Origin: Felis catus
Taxonomy: Eukaryota
Direction of reading: 5' to 3'
NCBI RefSeq assembly: GCF_018350175.1
Contig: NC_058368.1
Span: 164,798,001 to 164,862,000, forward strand
Length of the DNA stretch: 64,000 nt
Shown here: piece by piece, positions 1 through 13,353 of the stretch
Position numbering within the stretch: the first letter of the stretch is position 1
Layout: each line of letters opens with the position of its first letter
Position numbers and translations under genes: made by a program
The notes under the pieces: generated by a model
Told to the model about the DNA's origin: nothing
The model's input: only the letters and a program-made list of their open reading frames with translations
The model's database searches: none

Positions 1-3000
1 AACTGGAAAACTCTCAAGTATTGAAAACCCTTTCAATAAGTTAAATTGTGTTGTAAAGGAGAGCAAGAAATAGAACAAGTAGAAGAATAAATAGGGTCAA
101 AAGAAGGTTTATTTTTGAACTTGGAAAATTAAGTATCTAGAGAAGTTCATAAATTGACACTAAAGTGTTACAAATGAAACTACAAATAATATTGGTTTGG
201 TTTTTTTTTTCACTCTAAATTCTGAGAGCATAATATATACTTAATTTTTGTTTATTTTATTCCACATAGCATTCTTTCTACCTGATGTTGATAATACCAA
301 ACTTTCATTGTGATGTTTTTCTCTTTTGATATCTTACTTACTAATAAGGCAGTGAAAATACTGTTTTTCCTTCTTAAGAAAAAATACTTAAAAAAAACAC
401 TCTCTGCATTTTAATTCACAGCATCATGTCCCTGCTGAGTCTTAAATAAAGGAAAAAAAAGAAAGAAAAAGTTCTAAATGAAATTCTAAGAATCAGTAAT
501 CAGGCAATTGTAATCAATTTTCCAAAACACATGAAAAGGAAGCCATCAATGTATTTTGCAACTCTTGCAGACTCTAGACTGATATTGATTTCTTTATTGA
601 TTTTCTTAATATTTTCTGGGGAGTATTATATGTGCATACTAAGGTATTGGCATTTTAATATCTTTCTCTGGGGAAAAATGAATGCAAGTTTTTGTTAAAA
701 AGAAATGCTAAGTAATTGCACATCAACTTCAATACAAACAGGTAAATGAAAGGTTGGCTGCTTTTGTTTATTGCGACTCATGTGTCTCCTGAGGCTTAGT
801 TTCCCGGTAATCATTTTAAAAAGGCAAGTGTCTGTAGATTATTTACCTCTTTACAAGACTTTACAAGATCTTATAGGCACATGCCCCTTTTATTAAAACC
901 TGATCATGATGTGCTAAATGTCAACAAAGTCATTTAATCATGCAGCACTATGCATGTTTTATAATGATTCCTTTTAGGGCTTTTACCAAAATGTTTAGCA
1001 GGCCCATCTCACAACTGTTTTGAAAGAAGTATGTTAGACTATGAATAGAAAAGCAGCAATGGATCCTTGTCTTCACTCTATTTGGTGTCTGCTTTTTGGG
1101 CTTGAAGATAATTAATAATGGCAAATGAAAAGCCAGAAAATAGGCTGTCATGTTCTATTTCTGAAAAATCTTGACATTAATGTCTTTTCAAGCTCTGTTT
1201 TAAAAAATATTTCCTCATCTTGCCATTGTTTCAAGATGACATGATAGTAATAATATTTTTGGATATTAAAAACAACAAAAACATTCAAAGATGTGTAATG
1301 AAAAGTATTATTGGAGAAGGCATTTTGTGATCAAAAAATAATATTTAGGTAAAAGTAACTTTTCCCAAAATATTGGAAACTTAATTTTTAAAGAACATCA
1401 TTTATGAGTCAATATATAGATGCATATATAAAGACAATGTATCCTAACTGAACTAGAAAAATTATCAGATAGCTATTAGATATTGACCTAAAAATTAACA
1501 TTTGCTCATTTTTAAAAATACAGCTTTCATGAAAGTAGTGCATAAGTTTATGCTTAAATATTGTTACGGAAAATCTTCTTCATAGATCTGTTTCAAGTTT
1601 CAACCATGATAATGCTTGCAGATGATAGAGTAGATATATCATAAAGTAATTTATCTGTAATTTCTCATATGGAAAACAATTTTAAAAAATCATGAAGTTA
1701 ATATGATGTTTTCATAGTAGGTGGAAATGTGTAATTGTCATTTATTCTTTAGAATAGAAGGCTACCCTATTATTTCAGACAAGACAGGAAATGCTGGGAA
1801 GATAATCACCCTGGCTTCAGAGGTACCTTATCCTTCATCAGATGTGAAGGTGAATATGACTTCTCCTGATTAGAATAAGAATAGATTTCTCAAAAACAAA
1901 ACCAAAGGAAACCATAGCAAACCTTAGTTAGGGTCATTTCTACAAGCAATCACTTAGAAAATAGACCTATTTTTATCTATTTTTGTTAATAAATCCTGAA
2001 ATAATGATAGAATTTTGTTTGACTTAAGACAGATCATAACTGTTATGTTCTTTGCTTTTGAAAATGAAAATCTGTTCCTAAATTGTGAAGAAAAATCAAT
2101 GACATCCCTCACTGTTTTTATTTTTTATTCCTAATATGTTCACAGAATGAAAATATGTTATGCAAATGATAAGAAGTAATGGTTTAGAAATAGAGGTTTT
2201 GTAGGTCCCAAGATCGTACCTGTATTTCTTACTCCTATAACTCCTCAGGCTGCATGCAAACCCATTCTAAAATGTTTCTTGTTAACTTTTAGCAAGATAC
2301 ATACATATTAACATATTGCACATTTACATATTAAGACAGTCCATTCAATTCAAGTTGCATATTCAGAAGACTACTGTATTATAATGCCTCAGTCTATATA
2401 TAACTACTAAATTAAAAGACTATCACGCTATGCAAGAAATGAGAACCCACTTGAACATTATATTACTCCTGTAGAGAAAATAAATGATAGAATAGTAGCT
2501 GAACTTGCAACAAATAGTTACATAGTTAAGATGATATATTTTGTTTATATAGTTTTCAACATTTAAAATAAGCTAATTACAAAACACAAAACAGGCAATT
2601 ACCATAACAGAGAAAAATATAAATATGAAAAAATTTTATTTTTACTTTTGTAAAAAGTTCATCAAAAAAACTTGGAATAGGGAAGAAATCTGAAAGAAGA
2701 ATAGGAAATGAAAAGGAAATCCTCATCTTTAGGAAAGTAGAGGCACATATTAATTTTGACAATCATGAAGAGATGTGTTGACATGGTGTTAGAGTTGTGC
2801 AGGTAACTAACAGAGGGCCTAAAACAAAAGTTGGTGAAGGAGGCTGCCTATGGAGATTTGGATGAGAGTTCAGAAAAGATACAACTTTTAATTCCAAGCT
2901 TTTGAGTATTATTTTAAGTGCATGAAGGAGTTGATTTTATTAAATCATAAATGGTACGAGGGTAGGCCTTTTCATGCTGGTTTATCTGCATCCAGAATGG

Positions 3001-3106
3001 TGCTTAGCACAAGTAGGCCCTCAGTACATATGTGTTGGACGAAATAATTGTGGAAAATTTGCCATTACTTAACTGTAGGTTCTAAACCCATCTTGTCACT
3101 CACTAC

Positions 3107-3192
3107 TTGGACAAGTTGCTGGAATTTTCATTTAGGTTTGTTTGTTTGTTTGGACAAGTTGCTGGAATTCTCATTTAGGTTTGTTTGTTTGG
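3107..3192. repeat. 43-bp tandem duplication
   Basis: ttggacaagttgctggaatt(t/c)tcatttaggtttgtttgtttg occurs twice head-to-tail (3107-3149, 3150-3192). Confidence 0.9.
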
Positions 3193-3194
3193 TC

Positions 3195-3312
3195 CTTGGG
3201 TAATTTTGTACAACAGCAGGGTTGAATACTTGTAACAGAGACAATTGGCTTACAAGACCTAAAATATTTACTATCTGATCATGTACAGGAAAATTTTTCT
3301 GACCTCTGCCCT
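3195..3312 (+). mobile_element. MER58A-like hAT-Charlie DNA transposon fragment
   Basis: ...ttgtaacagagacaattggc...cctaaaatatttactatctgatc...aggaaaatttttctgacctctg resembles the MER58 3' half. Confidence 0.55.
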
Positions 3313-3961
3313 AGAGCAAGGTAAAAAAGGAAACAAAGGAGAGTTCATATTTCTCCGGGCATGTGTAAGCAGGGCAACTGTGTGTATTTGCAGAATTGTT
3401 CTAATTGAAAGATGCTAATGTGTCACAGACCTGGTTCAGCCCTCAGGGTGGACTACGGGATCCCAGCTACATGACATCCATAATTAGCACACTCAGGTCA
3501 CCCTGCAGATAGAGCAAACTTTCAGGTCATATGAAAATGTGGACCCTTGGGACCGAGGCAATGAGGAGGATCCTATCTAAACAACATGCAGTTTTTGGGT
3601 GCCTCAGAAGTAAAAAGCCAAAGTAAAGAGGTTGAGGGTTCTCTCCTGGTTCTGTCTCATCTGGGAGTTTTAACTATCATGGGGCTTAGAACCTGGGGTG
3701 CTTAGATCAGTCACATGAAGGGAAGAGATGGTCACTGAAAAACACTTGGGATTGTATGGTGTATGGAAATAGCCTCATGGTTTTGGAGAAGTCAGGTAGG
3801 AGCAATGGAAAACAATGAGTAAAATAAATTTAAAAACAGTGTCAAGTGATTACATGGTAAACTAATCCACAAATTGAAAGAAAAAAGAATAAGGTGCACC
3901 TCCTATATGCTACATACACAAAACACTTGGAAATTTTGTGTAAATTAAAATATACATGTGT

Positions 3962-4199
3962 GGGGCGCCTGGGTGGCGCAGTCGGTTAAGCGTCCGACTT
4001 CAGCCAGGTCACGATCTCACAGTCCCTGAGTTCGAGCCCCGCGTCAGGCTCTGGGCTGATGGCTCGGAGCCTGGAGCCTGTTTCCGATTCTGTGTCTCCC
4101 TCTCTCTCTGCCCCTCCCCCGTTCATGCTCTGTCTCTCTCTGTCCCAAAAATAAATAAAAACATTGAAAAAAAATTAAAAAAAAAATAAATAAAAAAAA
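3962..4199 (+). mobile_element. young Can-SINE (SINEC_Fc type)
   Basis: GGGGCGCCTGGGTGGCGCAGTC head, B-box GAGTTCGAGCC, (CT)n, poly-A tail, flanking repeat atacatgtg. Confidence 0.97.
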
Positions 4200-5034
4200 T
4201 ACATGTGGACTTGCAGATTTTTCTGCAAGATTTTTCTGGTAGGAAATAGTTATAGTGACCATATCAGTGCTTTGGATCTACCAGAAGTTGGATATATAGA
4301 TCTATTTTAATCAGGCCAGCAAAACAATAAAACCTTTATTTCAGTGGGACTAGTAGGAAAGCAGTAGGTATACCAGAGTGCTCACTCTGTAAAGCAAGGA
4401 ATTGCAAATTTGGAAGACATGAGTATATTAAAGATGTCTTCCAGCAAACTAGCTTATGTCATACTAGCTTTTTCAGGGATGCATTAAGTAAACATTTAAG
4501 TGCCTCCTGAGGGCATCATGATCATTGGAGAATGCAGAGGAGAATGGTATTTCAAATATTTTTGCATCCTAAAAATTAGCATATTAAATTGATTAAAACA
4601 AGAGTGAGTTTTATAAAGTGATTCTGGACCTAACTACTTCTCCAATCTTCTCATTTCTCACTCCCTTTTCCCATCATTGTTAATTTCTTAATGTCTCAGC
4701 CCAAATTTCTTAATGTTTCACCATAACCTATACAATCCTTTGCATCCCTCTGTGATGGCAAATAGTAAATGCAGTGGGCTGGCATTGTTAATTTACTTAT
4801 TTCGGGATCTCCTGTTTTCTACAGGTCCAAGGTTAATTGATCAACCTACAACAACATCAATAACAACAAAAGTTACCCCCAAATCATCCCTTCATGCATT
4901 CATATATATCACTGTATACCTTACAGTTTAACTGTGAATTTCATAGTGTTTAAAACTAAAGGAAGAAGGAAAGCCACTGAAACCATATTCCCCTTTTGTA
5001 TGGAAGTTGATCATTTCCTGAGTGTTTAAACACA

Positions 5035-5212
5035 TTTACTGTATTTAATCCTCACACCAGCAATAGTAGGAATTATCATCCCCTGTTTTACAAACGTGGA
5101 AACTGTAAACCAGTGAAGCCAAATAACTTGCCCAAGGTCACAAAACTAGAAAGTGCTATTACCGGGACTTACGCCAAACTCTTTTGATTTTCTTCCAACA
5201 CTCTTTCCATTA
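5035..5212 (-). mobile_element. MIR SINE fragment
   Basis: tttaatcctcac...ccctgttttacaaacgtggaaactg...aacttgcccaaggtcacaaaactag is the MIR core in antisense. Confidence 0.75.
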
Positions 5213-6414
5213 TGTGTGGATATGTGCCAATCTGAACTGAAATACTGTGAGAGAGAATGCTTGTAGCTGGATAATCTGTATATGTAATTTGAGATTCACT
5301 TGTAGCTCAATAACATTGTATGTTTGCTGGAGAGAAAGACATGGTAAGTGGGTAGGTCCTACTGGGAAGGGCCGACTTAATTGTGATTCTGGGGCAAAGC
5401 TCTTGTACTGAAACTAACAATTCCTTGGGTAATGTCATTAGAAGTTTATGCAGCTGAGAAAGTGGTGTCCTTGGGAAACTTCTCTAAAGAGATACCTTGG
5501 TTTTATTAACTTCATTACGTAATTAATACTCTAGGCTGATATCAAGTATGAGGTTTCTGAAACTTTGCAAAGCAATCCGATTAGTATTAATTCTGTTTCT
5601 GTTTGGTGCATGTCTTATTTGTTTTCCTATTTCTACAATTCCCAGAAGGATTTTTTTTTCCCTGTGAGCAGAAGATGTTTATGGAAAATCTTATTTTAAA
5701 AAAAGTCACAGATGTAGCTATGTGCAAGTGAAAAATGTATCACACTATCATCTTTTGTCAGCATAAAGACATAAGCCATTGTGGGAAAAAAAGGAGAATA
5801 AGAAGTAGGCAAACAGGCAAACCAAACCTGGAAGTGATCAACATCAAACTGTGTGAACATTTTGAAGAGATTTTTAAAAAGTGATAAAATAACATGACAT
5901 ATAGGAATTCCATTAGTCTGAGACTAAGTATATCTATATTGTTTCCAAAACTATCTCTTTACTTATTCTTTGACCCTCAGTACTTTATTGTCAGTATTGT
6001 AACATAGTTTAGCAAATGAGAAACCAATTGGGCATGTATACAAAAATGTGACTAAGGGAACATCAGATTGGGGCATATGACAGAAGTCTGTCACTCTGAA
6101 ATTACGTAAAGGAGACGTCTGTTGCAAAGCCCTGATCAATGCTTGGAAGTCATGTACTTTGCTTTTCAGACTTTTGGAGTCACTCCACTTCTATTATATC
6201 TAACAAGATGAAGCTGACTACCTATGAGCTTGTAATCCATGGAGAGAGGCCAATGGTCCTCTAAAGCAAAGCAAGTCACAATCAAAAAGCCCAGACTCTA
6301 GGGACAGATAAATTGAGCTTAATTTTCCATCTTGCTCATTTGTCACTTTACTTTGGTTTAGTGACTACTTCTCTCAGAGCCTTGGTTTTTACACTTGTAA
6401 TAATAATTTTAACA

Positions 6415-6415
<1 letters not shown>

Positions 6416-6444
<29 letters not shown>
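6416..6444. repeat. (AAT)n microsatellite
   Basis: run of taa repeats. Confidence 0.9.
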
Positions 6445-6447
<3 letters not shown>

Positions 6448-6475
6448 GTGACAATGTTAACCTTTCACATATTTT

Positions 6476-6687
6476 TTTTTTCAAAGTTTTTTATTTATTT
6501 TTGGGACAGAGAGAGACAGAGCATGAACGGGGGAGGGGCAGAGAGAGAGGGAGACACAGAATCGGAAACAGGCTCCAGGCTCCGAGCCATCAGCCCAGAG
6601 CCTGACGCGGGGCTCGAACTCAGGGACTGTGAGATCGTGACCTGGCTGAAGTCGGACGCTTAACCGACTGCGCCACCCAGGCGCCCC
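6476..6687 (-). mobile_element. young Can-SINE (SINEC_Fc type)
   Basis: Reverse-complement SINE ending caggcgcccc; 16-bp TSD acctttcacatatttt at 6460-6475 and 6690-6705. Confidence 0.97.
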
Positions 6688-6705
6688 ATACCTTTCACAT
6701 ATTTT

Positions 6706-7065
6706 GAGCAATTACTGTGTATGAGGCATTTTTCTAATTTCTTGGCAACTCTTTGTGGCAGGTACTGTTATTACTGTACAGAAGAGGAAATTGATGCAGA
6801 GTTAACTATCATAAATCATCTGAGTCATTGTCTTAGGAAGTGGAAGAGATAGGGTTTATACCCAGGTCGTCACTTTCAAGAGGTTTTGTGCTCAATCACT
6901 ACATTATGCTGCTTTTTGTTACTACTATCTCAGTTTGTTTGTCTGCAAAATGGTATCATAAAATCCCTACCTCTTTTATGAAGATTAAACAACTCAATAA
7001 CTGTACAGTATTTAAAACAATTCCAGACACAGTGAAACTTTATAAATGTTTGTTAAGTAAATGAA
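6706..7065. mobile_element. MIR fragments (antisense then sense)
   Basis: gagcaattactgtgt...acagaagaggaaattgatgcag; then ctcagtttg...ctgcaaaatgg...ataaatgtttgtt. Confidence 0.55.
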
Positions 7066-7344
7066 ATAAAATTTGTCCAATTACAGTGCTGGCACTTGGT
7101 GAAACAGGCATTCTTACCCACTGAGTATATATCTAGATCCCTCACTCTAAACCACTACATTTCTGCTTCCTGACATTGCTTTTAATTAAAACTGCTTTGC
7201 ACAGATATGCGATACTATAAATAATCTGTAAATTCCTGGTGTATAAAAGTATTTAACAAATAATAGCATTCATTATTGAGCATCCCAGAATGTCATATCT
7301 GACTTGATAAAGTCATTGGTTTAATTATTTATAATAATAATAAT

Positions 7345-7570
7345 AATATTAGTTGAGCCTTTACTGTGCACCAGGGACTCTACTAAGACTTTTCATATGT
7401 ATTAACTCATTTTTTTCCACCAACTACACTGAGAAGGTACTATCTTAATAAACTAAGGAAGGAGAAATTAATAAACTTGCCCAAATTGCCAAACATTCTA
7501 AGTAGAAGAGCAAAGATATGAATTCAGACTCTCTGGCTGCAAATTCTTCCCTTTTATCCACTTCATTATA
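7345..7570 (-). mobile_element. MIR SINE
   Basis: ttgagcctttactgtgcaccagg...aaacttgcccaaattg...gatatgaattcagactctctggct. Confidence 0.7.
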
Positions 7571-8609
7571 TCACTATTTCACTCTTGTGGAATGCATTCT
7601 GACAACACAATTTGGTAGAAAGACTCTAGACCATGAATTTTAGATTTGGATTTGCCATCAAATAACTGTAACTTTAAACACATGACAGCCTTTTTTCAGC
7701 ACGCTCATCTGTAAAACAAAATTATTGAACTAGATCAGAAAGCTTTTACTTATTATTTATTTATTTATACAACAAATACATATTGAATATCTGGCATGTG
7801 CTAGGCTCAGTGCTAAATTATACCTCACCAAGATATGTATGCAAAGAGTCCATTCTTCTGCTAAATCAGTGGTTCAGAAATTCTTCTTTTAAGAATATAT
7901 GTTGAAGTGAAACTGCCTTGGGATCTGATGACTACTTTACCTGCAAAACATTATTGTCAGTGAACACTGCTGTCACCATCATTATTGCTGTTACTGGCAT
8001 TGGAGTGGAGACTGCAGACCACTCGTGTAGAATTAAAAATAAAAAAAAAAATTCTCCTACTTTCTTCTCTACATACTGTTTCTGAGGATGTGATTTTTAT
8101 TACATCCTAGGAAAAAAATTAGATTGCCATGGTTATAGACCGTAATTTAATGACTCCTTGTGTTTTCTAGTCTGTAGTATTTGACTTTCTGTTCATTTAC
8201 AATATACCCTACTGGCACGGAGTCAGTAACATTTGTGAGTTCTCCTAAATTCTACACATTTTGGCTTTATGTAATGACATCTTTCTATCTCAGATTTGCT
8301 CAAAATTTTTTTTTCTATCTGAGCCTTTAATAGTTCAGTGATAAATAAGATATATGTATATATGCTTGAATGTTTGAACCAGAGCAGACCGTGATAGGGA
8401 TTGTGCTATCTTTTATCCACAGTTAATTTTTGTGGAGCTCTTTCTCACTGATTAAGAATTGTTTAATATGCATTTAAGAAGTGCTAAGTCTTAATATCGC
8501 CTATGTTTTAAGTGCATTATATATGTATATATAATATTTGACTAAATATGATGATATGACAAATTTAGAAATGAAATAAGCATTCATTGATTTAATAAAT
8601 TTTTGCTTA

Positions 8610-8920
8610 TTTTTTTTCTTCCAAGTTTTTATTTAAACTTCAGTTAGTTACATTCAGTGTGATTTTAGTTTCAGGTGTAAGACTTAGTGATTCATCCCTT
8701 ACATACAACACCCAGTGCTCATCACAAGTGCCCTTCTTAATACCCATCATCAATTTAACCCATCCCCCTGCCCACCTCCCCTCCAGCAACCTTCAGTTTG
8801 TTCTCCACAATGAAGAGTCTGTTTTATGGTTTGCCTCTCTCTCTTTTTTCCCCATATGTTCATCTGTTTTGTTTCTTAAATTTCACATATGAGTGAAATC
8901 ATGTGATATATGACTTTCTC
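8610..8920 (-). mobile_element. L1 3' end (carnivore L1_Carn-type), 5'-truncated
   Basis: T-rich tail then ttagtgattcatcccttacatacaacacccagtgctcatcacaagtgccc...catatgagtgaaatcat, the antisense L1_Carn 3'UTR. Confidence 0.85.
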
Positions 8921-10451
8921 AGTCTTTACATGTACTAACTTGCTCAATCTTAGCACAATTTTAAAATGGTATTTTGGCATAAACTATATTTCTCAAAGAG
9001 ATGCAGTTGCCCAAATACTTTTGACTTGAAAGCAATAATTTTCACTTTCCTTTAGAAAGGAGTCTTCCATTATCAAGGAGAAAACTTACCTAAAATGAGC
9101 TAAAGCTAATTAGAAATTTTGCTGACTCTAGTTACAAATGACTCTTAGAAATTGCCTTGCCATAAGTAAATCCAGATTTAAACTAGTCTTTCTCTCTGAC
9201 TCCCCTTCTCCTTCCATCTCTGAATCTTTTCCTTGGCTGTTTCCCTCATGAAAGCCTATTGTTTTATCACTTAATTGCCCTTAGGAATGCCCAAAATAGA
9301 GTCCACAATATGTGCCACACTATCAATTCTCCTAGAGCAGGGGTAGGGATGGGAGGAGGTGGACAGTAAGATGGAGATGGTTGGTCACATCAGTTAGAAG
9401 GAAAGCCATTCTGGAAAAGAAAAGAAGGCTCTCTTATGAGAAGAGGGCAACAGAGATCCTAGGCAGGTAATAGACAAACAGAGAAAACAAAAGCAAACAT
9501 CACTACGTCTTTACACTTGATGTCACTTACATTAATTTTCTGTAAACACTCATAAAACTTATATTAGGACATGCTTCCTTGATTGACAACAAACACATTT
9601 AATGATAAATATGGAGGTAATTTTCTATTAAAATTATTGGTAGATTGAATTTTATTCTTCTGCTTCTGATTATTTTTCATCATTCTGGCTCACTCAATTT
9701 TCGCAGTCATTTATCCTTCTTTCTTTTCCATCCTAGAGGAGTCAGACAACAATGAATGGGGAAAGAGTTGCATAGAATTGGCAGGACTATAGTTGATTTT
9801 TTCTTTTATTTATTTATTTTTCACTGTCTGCATTTTTAAGCAACTCAAATACCTAAGTGTAAAACACAATAATTGCATAAGATTGGGCAATGATTCAAAA
9901 TACTTTGGAAGTCTTGGTCTTCAGACTTAGCTGTTGAAATTGAGTTGGTCAGTGGCAATGTACATGCTTTGTAGAGGAGTCATGATTTCATTACATTCTA
10001 CACTGATAATCCTTTTGTGAGATCTTCTCATTCTGGGATCATATAGTCACATACACTTGAGTTTCCTTTGTTCAAAATCCCATGAAATATAGTCTATAAG
10101 TGAATGCTTTAAAGATAGGTTTGAATCAAAATGTTAGAATTTGATAGGTGAGCCAGTCAAATATTGATGTAAAATATTGGATTAATTTAAGAAAATATGG
10201 CATCCAGTTAATTAGCCTTGTATTTATTTCTCCAAGGAAACAGATTTATTCATCATCTTCCACCATTCTGCCCTTGAAACAATGGAAACAACAACAACCT
10301 CATTAGGATCAAAGTCATACTTATTTTATGAATTCAAGGAGATGCCCTCATGTCAGTGTAGACTGATAACTAATAGCTGGATATGAAATATATAATTTTT
10401 ATTTTACAGGATACAGGATTGGCACAGTCTCAAGTATACAACCTAACATTT

Positions 10452-10662
10452 GGGGTGCCTGGGTGGCTCAGTCGGTTAAGCGTCCAACTTCAGCTCAGGT
10501 CATGATCTCACTGTTGGTGGGTTCAAGCGCCACATCAGGCTCTGTGCTGACAGCTCAGAGCCTGGAGCCTGCTTCAGATTCTGTCTGCCTCTCTCTCTGC
10601 ACCTCCCTCCTTGCACTGTGTCTCTCTGTCTCTTGAAAATAAATAAATGTTAAAAAAAATAA
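10452..10662 (+). mobile_element. Can-SINE (intermediate age, SINEC_Fc2-like)
   Basis: GGGGTGCCTGGGTGGCTCAGTC head, A tail, degenerate TSD ataca(a/g)cctaacat. Confidence 0.95.
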
Positions 10663-10915
10663 TACAGCCTAACATGATAATGCAGAAATAGAGAAAAACA
10701 CATCTTGCTGCTAGTTCGAAGACTGAATTTGAAGAAAGTCGGGTGTGGATCTAAGCAATAATCAATCTCTCCATCAGAGCCTTTAAGGATCAAGGACTGA
10801 ATCTTTATGAATGACTTTTTCTTTACTAGAAAAGGTAAAGGTCAAGTTAGATGACATCTTGTGTAGCTTGAAGACAGGTTTCATTTTGTTTGTTGATTGT
10901 TTGTTTTAAGAAAAG

Positions 10916-10950
10916 CACACACATACACACACACATACACACACCACACA
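10916..10950. repeat. imperfect (CA)n microsatellite
   Basis: cacacacatacacacacacatacacacac. Confidence 0.85.
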
Positions 10951-12385
10951 TTGCTATGGGATTTTAAATGATTGTAAAAAAAAATCCTGCAGCAAGCTGG
11001 TGGAGGTCTTCCACAAAGCATAACATGTGCTCATATTTTTTTTCTTAAGATATGTTTAGACAAATTACATCAGGCTGAAATTAACAACAAAGCCAGTTCT
11101 TTAGAGGGAAAGAGACCAGAAAAGAGAAACTTAAGGAGGTTATGTATAAGAGAGGATATGTCTCCTGGTGGTAATTTGTGTTTGATAATAAATTTATTAC
11201 TTATTCCAAGAATATATGAGATGGCTTACAATTTAACATTCCTTCATATTTTTGTCAGGAGAAAAAATCACCTGTTCCCAAGTTGATGTGCATGAGTAGA
11301 GTTCTTTTTCACATTATATTTGCTCTCCAATAACCAGAATAGGTGACATTTAAAAAACTTCCCAGGTGGTTTTGAAATACAACATTTCCACCTCCATCAC
11401 TAGTAAAGGAACAGAGTTAATGAATATTCCTCTCTGGCACTATAACCTTGATTTAGTTTTCTGGCATCTGTAACCAAAAGGAAAGCATATTGTATCTGTA
11501 TGCTGGTTTCAGACAGTTTTGCTGAAGTTGTGTTAGATTAGTTTGTGTCTAAGGGATATTCTATAAAATGATGGTTTTTATGTTTGTTTTTGACAAAGAT
11601 TTAAAAATGCTTCTATAGCACACATAATGTGTAAAAAAATTCAGGCTACCATCTCAGATGTACAAGACATCTAACTCTTTTATTTTGTGATAACTAAACT
11701 AACATCTATTTTGGAGGTCCCATTATTTATGACAAAAATAAATGTAAGTTGATTCAATTCTAACTTCATTTCTGGATAGATGTGCTTAATATCTTTTGGA
11801 GTGGTATAATGACATAGGTTTTTTGAGTTACGGGGATTACATAATCATTGTTCTCATATGTCAAAACTAACATTCTCTGGATGTATGTCCTCTGATCTTT
11901 CCTTCTGTTGTCAGTTTATTCAGAGGATCTCAATGTTTGTTATTGACTTCAGGTCAACAACTCTGCTACTATTCAGCCCTTTCTGTACTCTTTTATGGCT
12001 ATAAGAACTTAGTGTGGTTTTCTCTAAGGCACTTTGCACTTTTGTTATAGTCCAAAAAAGGCAAAGGCTTTCTATTCCTCAGGACATTCTGATTTTCTCA
12101 GTACTGTGTCAGAATGAATGGAACTGTGGGATGATAACTGAGGCCATTTCTGTATTAGACTCAAGAGGGATCTGTGAGTTTGAATTCATTTCTAGGCATT
12201 AAGTGGGAAATAGGGCACAGTTTCTTGGTGCTTTTGAATCCTTTAACCTATCTGATATGTCCATTGTTTATTTGTGATGACATCTACTCATTCCTACCTT
12301 TCTTTCTATCAAACTCCTTTTTTTATGGTATGAGTTTCAAAATTCAGAACAAAAATTGGCTACTTTATATCTCTCTTCTTCTGTG

Positions 12386-12596
12386 ATTTTATTTTTTATT
12401 TTTTTAGTGTTTATTTATTTTGAGAAACAGAAAGAGAGAGCAAGGAAGGGAGGGGCAGAGAGAGAAAGAAAGAGAGAATCCCAAGCAGGCTCCATGCAGA
12501 ACCTGTCGCAGGGCTCAGACTCACAAACCATGAGATCATGACCTGAGCCGAAATCAAATATCAGACACTTAACCAACTGAGCCACCCAGGCACCCC
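12386..12596 (-). mobile_element. Can-SINE (older)
   Basis: T-rich tail, (GA)n, ends gagccacccaggcacccc. Confidence 0.95.
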
Positions 12597-13120
12597 TGTA
12601 ATATGCTTACTGTAAAGCAAAGTCTGTCATAAGTTTTGTATGTTCAAATAGAGAAGGATTACTGATGAACAGGAAATATTGGCAGAAATTGTTAGTAGTT
12701 TCAAATAAAATCTTATATTTATAAACTAGGTGTTTTGTTATGACAAAGTGTACCATTAGATTATAGTTCAGACTTTGTAGACTCTTCTCTTACCTTCTCA
12801 AATCAGATTCTGCTGCATGGATTCTTTTGGGAATCACTACTACTCATCAGCATAATGGGTCCTAAGATGAGTGGAAATCCCACCTCTTCCCACGATATGC
12901 AGAAATGAAAGAAACCTTAAGGAAAATTGCCTTCCAACAACCAGACTGAACCCTTGGGATATGGGCAGGTAAAAGAGAAGGCAATTGGTTGTCAGGAAGA
13001 GGGGTTCATTGATTTCTATACAAAAGCTAGCAACCATTCTATCAATCTATATATTGAGTTATAAAACTATTTGATATATCACAAATAAATTAACATTCAT
13101 TTCATGTGAATTTTAAACTT

Positions 13121-13353
13121 TTTTAAAATTTTACTTTGTTTAATGTTTATTTATTTATTTTGAGAGAGAGAAAGAGAGCATGGGTACGTGTACATGCATG
13201 CACTCAAGTGGGGGAGCGGCTGAGAGAAAGAATCCCAAGCAGGCTCTGCACTGTCAGCCCAGAGTGCCTCACAGGGCTTGATCTCATAAACCATATGACC
13301 TGAGCTAAAATCAAGAGTCATATGCCTAACCAACTGAGCCACTCAGGCACCCC
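13121..13353 (-). mobile_element. Can-SINE (older)
   Basis: Ends gagccactcaggcacccc; TSD aattttaaactt on both sides. Confidence 0.93.

Noticed and set aside
3956..4189. Recurrent ORFs GAPGWRSRLSVRLQPGHDL... (also 6481, 15262, 22995, 43699) looking like a multi-copy protein family
   Set aside because: They are read-throughs of SINEC_Fc elements, not genes.
6313..6663. 116-aa ORF with poly-Ile, transmembrane-like stretch
   Set aside because: The poly-Ile comes from an (AAT)n microsatellite and the C-terminus from an antisense SINE.
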